Shown here: positions 1 to 15,940 of the stretch, piece after piece
Numbering within the stretch: position 1 is the stretch's first letter
Layout: each line of letters opens with the position of its first letter
Assembly (NCBI GenBank): GCA_964016885.1
Contig: OZ024741.1
Span: 338,706,001-338,770,000, forward strand
Direction: 5' to 3'
Length of the DNA stretch: 64,000 nt
Source of the DNA: Eledone cirrhosa
Lineage: Eukaryota
The notes under the pieces: model-generated
What the model saw: the letters and a program-made list of their open reading frames with translations, nothing else
The model's database searches: none
What the model was told of the DNA's origin: nothing
Translations under genes and position numbers: made by a program

Positions 1-329
1 CCAAACCCTTCCCCCTTTTTATATATATATATATATTTTTAAAGTGAAATTCTTGTCCTCTCACATTGACATGCTTGGCTGCAAGAAATTAACAAAGATC
101 ACCGTTAATGGGTCAAATGTAAAGACAGATCCCATACACACACATACAGATAATTTATTTTAAATTTAGGTATGAGGTCAAATATTTAGAGGTGAAAATC
201 AAATAAATTTACTCCATTAACTCCAAGACTTGACTTGTACTTTATTTAACGAACCTCTGAAAGGGTCAAAGGCTAAGTTGACCTCAGCAGGATTGAAAAC
301 AAATACTGCAAAGTATTTCTTCAGTCAGA

Positions 330-800
330 TTGATGGTAGAGTGCTGGGTTACTACATATAATTGACAATTTCCTCGATGCAGTTGGTTTCCTGTCACAAC
401 TAGAGCCAGTATCTCTCGACCATGCTGATAGCAAGTGCCCCAATAGAATTACCCACTTCCTTTTCAGAGGAACTAAATCCCTCATCTGGGTCACAACATG
501 CTGCAACATATTTTGTGCCTCCACCCTAGTCACTTTGGCCACAAACCCTAGTACGGTGGCTCACAATGCAGAAGACAGGAAGACAAGCAAATACTGAAGC
601 TTGTCCGGCTGCCGTCAAGACCTCAGGCGTCCTTGGACCCTATGCAACTGACCTCCATAAAATCGGATCGATTGCAGTCCTTCTGAGGAAGGACCCCACG
701 AAGAAGGGTGGCTGTTGCAGCAGGTATCACTGGCCATTGTCCGCAGAAATGCCTTTTCTATTTTGTCCACAGGGTGTGGCCGAAACACTGCTCTAACCTA
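330..800 (+). mobile_element. Decayed CRE-like non-LTR retrotransposon, C-terminal restriction-like endonuclease (RLE) region
   Basis: Plus-strand translation gives LDAVGFLSQLEPVSLDHADSKCPNRITHFLFRGTKSLIWVTTC, then AVKTSGVLGP and WLLQQVSLAIVRRNA. These resemble CRE RLE motifs (LEP.GL...DGKRPDG.T..P...GK.L.WD.TC; AVETLG..G; QRLS.AIQRGNA). Frameshifted. Confidence 0.65.
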
Positions 801-1114
801 TGTGTAGAGTCTGTCACCCTCTTCCATTTCCCCCTTTCTTTCTTCCTTTTGCTAGTAGTCCTTGCTTTTCCACTCCTTTTTCTCTCATTTATGACATCTA
901 TAGCCTTTCTAATGCTGCTTTCTTTTTCTGTATGTTTAACTAATCTATAGTTATATCAACAATAAATTCTCCTTACTATTTAAAGTTATTCTTTTATTTA
1001 GAGTTGCAGTTTCAAATTCTGTCAAAGTTATTTTACTTGACTTTCCTTGATGCTTTTAGAAATAAACAAAACAAGATTACCGTTTATGACTTATCTACCC
1101 ATCCTTTCTTTACG

Positions 1115-1460
1115 GCTTGGTTGAGAGGAAGGGGCTGTGTCCAGGGCCCTTTTGATAAGGGTTTGGTTGAGAGAAAGGGCTATGTCCATGGCCTTCCAAT
1201 GGTTTGGTCAAGTGGAAGGGGCTGTGTCCATGGCCTTTCTTTATTGTTTAGTCAAGAGGAAGGGGCTGCATCTGACCTTTTAATGATTTGGTCAAGCGGA
1301 AGGGGCTGTGTTCATGGCCTTTTTGTTAAGGGTTTGGTCAAGAGGAAGGGGCTGTGTCCAGGGCCCCTTTAATGGTTTGGCCAAATGGAAGGGTTTGTTA
1401 TACATGGCCTTTTTGTTAAGGGTTTGGTCAAGAGGAAGGGGTTGCGTCTATAACCTTTGT
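1115..1460. repeat. Degenerate ~45-50 bp minisatellite
   Basis: About 7 copies of ggtttggtcaagaggaaggggctgtgtccatggcc-like units. Confidence 0.85.
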
Positions 1461-2423
1461 GGAGATCCTTTGAGATTGCTGAAATCAATGCCATTAATGT
1501 AACTTTTCAACATGAGCATTGATGGAATTCCAGAGGGTAGGCGAATATGGGTGATGGAAAGACAAGTGAATTGTCAGTGCCCAACTGGATGTGGTATAGG
1601 AGCAGAGGCCACTTGAGTGGAGGTGGTATAAGACCAGGCTGTTCCAAGGAGGAGAGTGGAACCAGTAGAAGACCGGGCTGTTCTAAAGAACAGAGATCAC
1701 TTGGTATGCAACTGAAAAGTCCAAGTGTGGTGACTGCATGTCTGTGGATCAGGTCCTGGAATATGTCAGTAATTTTTCTGTGAATCAGTTTAGTGGCCTT
1801 TAAATATAATCTACAATGTATGTATATTTAATAGCAGTATTGTGCCAGATGTTGTAGTAGTATTCCAGCCCAAGACATTACTACTGGCATGAACAGGGCC
1901 ACATTTAGACTTGGGCCCTGGGCATGAACATTTTTACTTTTCACTTTTGCCTAAAAGTTTTCATTTCAATCAAGGCCTATTCTCAAAGAAACCACAAACC
2001 TATGAGAGTATCATCAGCCATAGAGAATGTTGGCATTATTGAGAAAGAAGGAATTGTGGTGTGTATTAGCTGAAAACTTTGAAGGTCAAACATTTGTTGT
2101 TTACATAGGTAAATAAATGTATACATTGCTGTTTTTGTGGTTGATGTTAGGAAGGGCTTCCAGTAATAGAAACCATGCCAGAAACAGTTCTGTATGAACA
2201 AGGCATGGTCATCTGATCCGGTTTGTCTCGCAACGGGACAACTTGTCTGACCCAAGCTAGCATGGAAAATGTTTGTTAAACGGTGATGATGATGATTACG
2301 TCCCCACTCTTATATGCAATTAAACATTGTTTGATCCTTGTGTTAGTAACAGACTGAACACTCACTTTAGCTCTTAATGCCTGTCCTATACCACACTAAA
2401 CCATATCAACAAAATATTCTTAA

Positions 2424-2524
2424 CCTTCTGGAGGCTGAATTCTTTTATGAATTGCTTCACTTGATACAGTATTAAGGGGAGATTACTCTATTGGAGCATT
2501 CAGTCACCCACAGCACCAAGAGGG
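2424..2524. mobile_element. Small TTAA-flanked MITE (piggyBac-like)
   Basis: ttaa|ccttctggaggctg ... cagcaccaagaggg|ttaa: imperfect TIRs with a TTAA duplication. Confidence 0.4.
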
Positions 2525-3614
2525 TTAAGTATAAAATAGCTCTATGGTTGTTGGATCGTATTGCACATTAAAAATCAAAGTTTTTTTCTCTAATACTCCA
2601 TATGTGTGACAATTGAGACTGACTGATCAGCTAAAGGGCCATTTCTATGAACCCCTCTTACAGATTACCTTGATAACAGACAACAGCAACCTTACTCTCA
2701 TTACTGGTGTCTTTTACAGATATTGAGCAACACCCAGAAACATATCTAGAGTATAGCAAGCATGGCATGTACCATGGGGACCACTTAGACTAGGAGAACT
2801 TTCTATTAAAGTCAAATAAGCTATCATTGGAGAGTGAAAAAAAAACTTCTTCAGATGTATGATCTGTCTTTGATTATCATGGGTGAGAAGCATTATGGTG
2901 GCTTTGGACATTAAACCATTTATATAAATTACCAGACCCATAGGGAACTGCATGACCACATAGGCAAGGGCATGATTTCCCTGCTTGTTATAGGCGTTAT
3001 TTTCCCTAATTATGCCTCTGGCAACACTATGATGTACCTGGAGACTGTAATTCTGGTACATGTTATAATGGGAGAGTACTTTGGTTTAAATGACCAAAAC
3101 ATTTGCAACTCTAATTCAAAGAAACAGCTCAGCCACCTTACAAACCTATCAGTCAGGCAAAACATGCAAGCCAGATAAACTTCATACTGCCAAGAAGCAG
3201 GATAGACAGATGATTGTGAAAGCTAAGTCTTTCATTAGTGAAGAATGGAAGATAGATTGTGGGTTAGGGAATTAAAAGAAAAAGATGTATTTAGACAATC
3301 TAGAAGGAAGGTAAAAACAAAGGTAATATATATTAAAAAAAGTTAGAGGAGCTTTAAAAATATCCATTCTAAAATTAATAAGTGCCTAAATAAATATTGA
3401 AATGTAATGAATTCTACTTAAATTTATCAAAAGATTAGTTCGTAAACACTGTGTTAAGTATTTTTTTTGTTTAAATCCCATAGCTCCTGATGGAGTTTCA
3501 ACGGCATACAGCGTTTCGTGGGCATTTTAAGTCTGATGGAGCCCATCCCTCTCTAGGTCTGAACACAGCAGATTTCTTTCAGAGAAGGACATAAAGTGAG
3601 ACAGAGATATAGAG

Positions 3615-3755
3615 GAAGAATCGACCCAAGTACTAAACTGGTACTTTTTTTATCGGACTCGGCGGGATTTGAACTCAGAGAGCAGAGAGCTGGAATAAAT
3701 CCCGCAAAGCATTTTATCTAATGTTCTAACAACTCTGTCAATTTGTCGCCTTGAT
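3615..3755 (-). mobile_element. tRNA-derived SINE fragment
   Basis: Reverse B-box (gggatttgaactcag) plus the ctggtacttt..tatcg core shared with other SINE copies in the window. Confidence 0.7.
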
Positions 3756-4704
3756 AAGTATTTTAGTTAAACAAGAAGTTACATATCAATGACTGCTCCA
3801 CTATTATCATCATTTAACGTCCCCTTTTCCTGCTAGCAAGGGTTGCATGGGTCTACATAGACAAAGTCAGTACTGAAGTGGGGCTATTGACCTTTCAGAA
3901 AGGAAGAGGGGTCTGTATCCTGCTTACGTACGGTCATATTTTCTATCAAGTGCAGAGAAGTTGTCATGACTTGGGAATAAAACTTATTTCTGTTTCTCAT
4001 ATATAATCAAAATGTTTTAAGCGTTTGAAGAAAAAACATAAGTGATTATGAATTATATAATTGTCCACCACTCTATTAATGAAGCTCTGATTATATTAAA
4101 ATAAAATAACATGGCTTAGTGTGTTGTTGCTATTGATAGAAGCAATCATGACGCAGAAAAGTCTTTTTAATTAGAATAATGCTGGCTTGTAGCCAAAGAT
4201 AACTGCTGTCAAAAACACAGCAAATGAAGGCACTGAAACCATTACAGACCATATGGAAAGTACTCTTGAAAAGCGTGGCTGTTTTATTGAAGTATATTGT
4301 AAAGAGTAGAAGTAAAGTGTTATATTATGTTAGATGGAAGGATTCACAATGTGTAATATCTCCTTAGATGTTTCAGCAGTGGAAAGGGATCAAAATGTGT
4401 GAAACTACTTCACTACCTGAGGGGACATTAATTCTTCATTCAAAGACGGTGGAGTAAAGCACTCTCAGTGGCAGATGTATTGATCTACTTCACTACCTGA
4501 GGGGGACATTAATTTTTCATTCAGAGATGGAACCCCCAGTATTATATTAGATTGTTGTAGCCAAGATGTTTAACCCTTTCCGTCACATTTCTAATGAAAT
4601 ACACTACTTACGATTCTTAAATAATTTTGAAAATAATTGAGTATTTGGAAGGATTTAGTTATATAATTAACTTTCTCATTATTAAGTTGGTCTTTAGAGC
4701 AGTA

Positions 4705-4885
4705 GATTGGTAGTATCGTTGGAGCGTCGGTCAATATACTTTGCAGCATATAGTTACATCCCTTTACATTCTGTGTTCTAATCTCGCTTTGTCTTTCATC
4801 CTTACAGGGTCGATAAAATAAAGCACCAGAGTAATGCACTAGGGTCGATTTAATCGACTTTCATCTCTTCCCAAAATCTCTTGGA
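4705..4885 (+). mobile_element. tRNA-derived SINE
   Basis: A-box-like ttggtagtatcgttggagcg and core tttcatccttacagggtcgataaaataaag; homologous to 26863-27215 and 46400-46580. Confidence 0.75.
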
Positions 4886-6060
4886 CAACATTATATATAA
4901 AATGTTGTCCAAGGCAATGGCCGTTTTAGCTTGGTACCAGAGACGTCATAACTCATTTTTACAGCTTGCTCAAGGACACAACAAACCGCTCAGTTCAGGA
5001 ATTTAACTAGCGACCTCACGATTTCGCATAATGATGATGATATATATGTGATGGTGTTGTTGATTTTAGTGATGGTGGTGCTGATGGTAGTAGTGGTGGT
5101 AATGATAGTGATGGTGATGGTGGCGATGATGGTAGTGGTGGTGGTGATGATAAGGGTGGTGGTGGTGATGGTAGTGGTGGTGGTGATATTGATGTTGCTG
5201 GTGGTCGCGAGAAATTTCTTTAAAAAAAAAAAAGAAAAAAATGTAAAAAATGATCGCGCTTTAAAAAAAGTTTGTTAAGTCCGGCTTTACACAATGAAAT
5301 CCGGACTATCTTAATTAAGTGGACGTGACACCGTCTCAAACACACACACAACTCTTCAGTTGGGGAAAAAATATATTTCAGCTCAAAACAAGACGAGGCG
5401 GCACTGACGAAAGGTAAACAAAGCATTCTTATCCTTTCTCTTCTTCTTCATTCCTGTCGCTCAACACACATATATGTGCATACTGATATATACATATTTA
5501 TGTGTGTGTGTATATATAACAATATATATATATATAAATGTATATATTATATTATATCTAACACTTGTTTATTTTTTTCTCTTTCTATCCTTCTCTAGCT
5601 ATCTCCATCGCTTTATCCCCACCCCCCCCGCACTCTCTCCCCTTCGTCTTTGCTTCATTATACCATTGCGGGTGTTTAGCCCCAGATCATCCCCGATCCT
5701 GTAAACCTTTGATCAAAGACATTCAAGCCCTATATATTATATACATACAAGGTACCTTGGGCTACATTATTTAATGCGTCCTCCTTTTAAAGACAAAAGG
5801 CTGTGATTATAGGGAGATATGGCTGCTATTTGTAGCAGATCCAGCGACCACGTAGTGTCCGAATTGATTCCTGTGTGTTTGTAAAAGGTATCATGTATGT
5901 GTATAGTTTATATGCGTGTGGACACACCTCTGTATCTACCTATTATTTTGCTTCTACATATTGTTTTTAGATATAACTGCTTCCAGCCCACCCGACATAA
6001 GTAAAACCATTTTATATACACATACATACATATGCACACACACACATAAGAAGATCTATT

Positions 6061-6188
<128 letters not shown>

Positions 6189-6315
6189 TACATACATATA
6201 TACATATACATATATACATATATATACTTGATGGTTTCTCAAGAATGAAACAGTTCTAGTCCTGTAGAATCTCATCTATATTAAAACATATATATACATA
6301 TATATATATACATAT

Positions 6316-6531
6316 ATGCAGAGGTTATATTTAATTTGTTGGGATTCAACAAGCTCAGTAAGCTCCTGGATAGATAAACAGTCTTTTTTCCGGGTATGTC
6401 AATAGTTATTTATAAAACAAATCTGTATTTTATCTGATGAAAGCGCACCATAATTTGCCTTGGTTGCCCTTGAAATATATATAATAAAATAAATATGGTT
6501 TTATAAATATAGTTTCCATTTATTAATATAT

Positions 6532-6533
<2 letters not shown>
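6316..6533 (+). mobile_element. Short Penelope-derived fragment (tail plus hammerhead segment) flanked by TA repeats
   Basis: 6392-6533 is homologous to the Penelope repeat 15311-15460. 6320-6350 resembles the element terminus at 12807-12838. Confidence 0.65.
6426..6491 (+). ncRNA. Minimal type I hammerhead ribozyme
   Basis: TATTTTAT-CTGATGA-stem II (aag.gca.cca/tgg.tgc.ctt)-GAAA-T-ATAT-A-TA-ATAAAATA. Stem I is a perfect 8 bp; stem III is short with a palindromic loop, as in PLE hammerheads. Confidence 0.75.
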
Positions 6534-11520
<4,987 letters not shown>

Positions 11521-11823
11521 TATACTTGGGGAGGGTCATATTTGCGTAATATTGCCAGAATTAATAACAGAACACACTCACTGTTTGGTTGGTTTTCGCT
11601 TCTCGCTGTCTTTTATATCTGCGATCTAACTTACTCGGTCCTCAATGTTGCCATTGACTGACCGGCGGTCAAAAATAATACAGATACAATATAGACACAA
11701 ACACATATATATGGTTTACATAATTTACATAAATCTTTCGTTGCACATCTGCAACATCGTCAGTGGTGTTATATTCATTGTTCCTCCTGTTGTGTTGTAT
11801 GTCTACGCCATTTTTTTTGTTCA
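11521..11823 (-). mobile_element. ~300 bp insert in TA array with hammerhead-like core (probable Penelope-type terminal fragment)
   Basis: Minus strand reads CTGACGA-T-GTTGCA-GATG-TGCAAC-GAAA (11763-11736). The gggagggtcatatttgcgtaa segment resembles 13324-13345 in the Penelope 3' region. Confidence 0.5.
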
Positions 11824-11935
11824 TACATATATATATATATACATATATATATAAATATATATATACATATGTATATATATGTATATATATATATATGTAT
11901 ATATATATTTATATATATAAGTATATATATGTATG

Positions 11936-11966
<31 letters not shown>

Positions 11967-12041
11967 GTATGTATATATATATACATATATGTATGTATAT
12001 ATATATATGTATATATATATGTATATATATATATATGTATG

Positions 12042-12074
<33 letters not shown>

Positions 12075-12287
12075 GTATATATATATATATGTATGTATAT
12101 ATATATTTGTATATATATATATATATGTATATATATATGTATATATATGTATATATATATGTATATATATATATGTATATATATGTATGTATATATATAT
12201 ATATATGTATGTATATATATATATGTATGTATATATATATATATATGTATGTATATATATATATGTATGTATATATATATATGTATG

Positions 12288-12336
<49 letters not shown>

Positions 12337-12556
12337 GTATATATATATGTATATATATATATATGTATGTATATATATATATATATATGTATATATATGT
12401 ATATATATATATATATGTATGTATATATATATTTGTATATATATATATATATGTATATATATATGTATATATATGTATATATATATGTATATATATATAT
12501 ATGTATATATATGTATTATATATATATGTATATATATATATATATATATGTATGTA

Positions 12557-12608
<52 letters not shown>

Positions 12609-12620
12609 TGTATGTATATA

Positions 12621-12671
<51 letters not shown>

Positions 12672-12684
12672 GTATATATATATG

Positions 12685-12729
<45 letters not shown>

Positions 12730-12805
12730 GTATATATATATATGTATATATATATGTATATATATATATGTATATATATATGTATATATATATATGTATA
12801 TATAT
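11824..12805. repeat. Degenerate (TA)n / TATG array
   Basis: TA dinucleotide with interruptions also seen in 18391-19200. Confidence 0.97.
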
Positions 12806-12936
12806 GGAAAGTTATATTTAAAATTGTTGGGTTACAACTAGTAAATATTTATAACTGGTATAAAAGCACTCGACAAATATTTGGAGTATATTTACAATAT
12901 TAAATAAATGGAAAACTATATTTATAAAACCATATT

Positions 12937-13002
12937 TATTTCATTATATATATTTCGGGGATATCATATTAACAATATGCTATGCCTTCATCAGACAAAA
13001 TA
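12937..13002 (-). ncRNA. Minimal hammerhead ribozyme in the Penelope 3' repeat (sense to the ORF)
   Basis: Reverse complement of 15352-15417: TATTTTGT-CTGATGA...GAAA-T-ATAT-A-TA-ATGAAATA. Confidence 0.65.
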
Positions 13003-14481
13003 CAATATAAACAGTTTTATAGATAAATAGATTCGACATACCGTTATAACACCGACTTCATTTGAAGAGGTTTACTCTGGCTGTGAAAAAATTTTACACA
13101 GAGAGAAAGAAAAAGAGAGAAAACAGAAAGAAAGACAGAAAACGAAGAAAAGGAAGAAAAAGAAGAGAAAGAGGAAATGCATGGAACAAAATAGAGAGAT
13201 GGAAAGATAGATAAAGCGAAGAACTTCATGTAAAGAAACAGAAAGAGATATATATATATATATATAGAGAGAGGAAATAGAGATAGATACATATATATAT
13301 ATATATATAGAAAATTAGGTAGTGGGAGGTCATTTTGAGTAAATGTATCAATGGTACGTTTATTTATTTATTTATTTATTTAGCTCAAGTATTAATGTAA
13401 GGGAGATATATATAGAGAGAAAAAAATATAGAGAGAGGAAAAAAATAGCGAATGAAAAAAATTTAAAAATAGCCAGATATATTCGAGGCGTAAAAACCCT
13501 ATGTTTTAATGTATTAATATTTATAAAACTTACACTATATTGTAAATATCAGTATTCCTGAATGAGACAAGTATCTATAATGTGTGAAAATTAATTATCT
13601 TATGTTTAGTTTTAAAAAAAATTCATATGTTTATGTGACAGCTACAAACATCCATGCGAATCTAACTGATTCACTCTGCAAAACTCTAAGTTCACGGAAA
13701 ACGTTCTCAATGTGGTATAAAAATTTGAGCATACAAATATGTGTATTATTATTCATGTCATTACTCTACCAGATTATCTATCAAGCAGAAGTAGAGAGCA
13801 GATTTCAATATACTAATAAAAATATATATCATAAACAAAACTAAAAATAAAAAGATAACAATAATAATAAGTAAAAATATAGAATAGAACACTAAAAAAA
13901 TAAAAAAATAAAAATATTACGAAAGAATATTACATAATAAAAATATTATATATTAAGCATACTACGTATTAAAAAATATTACGTATTAAAAATTTACATA
14001 TTAAAGATATTAAAAATACAATAAAAATAAAAAATAAAAATATTATAGAAAATATTATAGAATACTACAATAATAAAAATAAAAATAAAAATAAAAATAA
14101 AAATAAAAATAAAAATAAAAATACACCACAAAGATCAACCCTTCAAAGTTAATTGACAATATATTGCCAAGTTCTTTACAAGACAAAGCCAAAAATTATC
14201 CATCAAATCACATCTAGCAAAGATCATTTCAAAAAGATTATGATGTCCAATTAGGTCTATATATGTTCTTATATTTAATATAGAAGTTTATCTAGTGTAA
14301 GGTTTATTCAAAAATTTGGAGCATCAGCTTTTAGGGTAGCTTAATTTTTCATGAGGAATGTTTAGATAAAAATAAAATAAAAATAAACAATAAAAAGAGA
14401 GTAAAAAGAAGGAATCAAAGATTTAGGAATCAAAAATTTATCGGCTAGTTTCCCATATAAATATAAATCAAACTAAATATA

Positions 14482-15232
14482 CTACATTTTAAATTTAAAT
14501 TTATATTTAAACGTTGAGTTTAATCTATGTTTGCAACAACTGAATAAATTTGTCCGTAGGTTAAGGGAATTTTTAGATTTTAGTATAAAGAATATCTCCT
14601 CTGCGCAGAGGTCACATGTCTCAGAGGATGAATTAAAAGGAATCCCTCTTGAGACTATATTCCAAGCCGTCGAATATCTAACGTTATCTAGCTTAAGTTG
14701 CCAGAGTACGCCTGATAGTGCCGTTGAAGATTTTTTATTTGGATCTGTGAAAGAATTCTTGTGGTTATTATAGCGAAGTTTAAATTCCGTCGATGTGGAA
14801 CCGACGTAGTTAAAAGAATTAGAGTCAGTATTAACATTACAATTGTATACTATATTTTTAACTAAGCAGTTGTTATTTAACGGACATTTAGATCTATCTC
14901 TACAGTTACATTTGTTAACTTGTATATTATTTATGCTATTATCAGTAGGTTTTAAGTTCCTATTATTTATTCTATTAATATTTTGTGCTAAATTTTTAGT
15001 GGATGAGTAGGTTAATTTAATTGTATGCCTATTGAAAATTGAGTGATACCTATGTGTTCTAGGGAAGCGATTATCAAGAGCTTTGAAAAATAATTTAGCG
15101 ATGTGGGTTTTAATGTTTAGTGAGAAAGGGGGGGGGGGGGGCAAACCAAATTATGTTCCTAGTTCTATTTCTTTTTTGTCCTTTGGAATTATTGTAATGC
15201 TTTCTATTATAGTTGTTAATGTTGTTGCCGTA
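14482..15232 (-). pseudogene. Penelope-like ORF C-terminus: Cys-rich linker plus GIY-YIG endonuclease
   Basis: RNIIWFAPP / FSLNIKTHI...IFNRHTIKLTYS, CNCRDRSKCPLNNNC, IVY...YVGST..FKLRYNNH, CDLCAEE. Frame breaks at the poly-G run ~15128-15141; RT core absent. Confidence 0.88.
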
Positions 15233-15351
15233 TTCTCTCTTTTTCTTTCTCTCTGTGTAAAATTTTTTCACAGCCAGAGTAAACCTCTTCAAATGAAGTC
15301 GGTGTTATAACGGTATGTCGAACCTATTTGTCTATAAAACTGTTTATATTG

Positions 15352-15417
15352 TATTTTGTCTGATGAAGGCATAGCATATTGTTAATATGATATCCCCGAA
15401 ATATATATAATGAAATA
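15352..15417 (+). ncRNA. Minimal hammerhead ribozyme in the inverted Penelope repeat
   Basis: CTGATGA (15360-15366) and GAAA (15398-15401). Stem I TATTTTGT/ATGAAATA has two G-U pairs; stem II is imperfect. Confidence 0.65.
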
Positions 15418-15459
15418 AATATGGTTTTATAAATATAGTTTTCCATTTATTTAATATTG

Positions 15460-15460
<1 letters not shown>

Positions 15461-15516
<56 letters not shown>

Positions 15517-15543
15517 GTATATATATATATGTATATATATATG

Positions 15544-15574
<31 letters not shown>

Positions 15575-15609
15575 GTATATATAAGAATATATATATATGT
15601 ATATATATG

Positions 15610-15643
<34 letters not shown>

Positions 15644-15682
15644 CATATATATACATATATATATATATATATACATATATAC

Positions 15683-15715
<33 letters not shown>

Positions 15716-15740
15716 CATATATATATATACATATATATAC

Positions 15741-15777
<37 letters not shown>

Positions 15778-15788
15778 CATATATATAC

Positions 15789-15821
<33 letters not shown>

Positions 15822-15866
15822 CATATATATATATATGCATATATATATACATATATATATATATAC

Positions 15867-15909
<43 letters not shown>

Positions 15910-15940
15910 TGTATATATATATATATGTATATATATGTAT
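15461..15940. repeat. Degenerate (TA)n array
   Basis: TA dinucleotide with TATG/TACA blocks. Confidence 0.97.

Larger units (their letters stand above)
12806..15460 (-). mobile_element. Penelope-like retroelement, 5'-truncated, with an inverted terminal repeat
   Basis: Minus-strand ORF remnant with GIY-YIG domain, long AT-rich 3' region, and ~228 bp inverted repeats (12894-13121 / 15233-15460) each containing a hammerhead. Confidence 0.88.

Noticed and set aside
13555-13600. ctgaatgag...gaaa hammerhead-like motif
   Set aside because: Core has an extra base and the flanking stems do not pair
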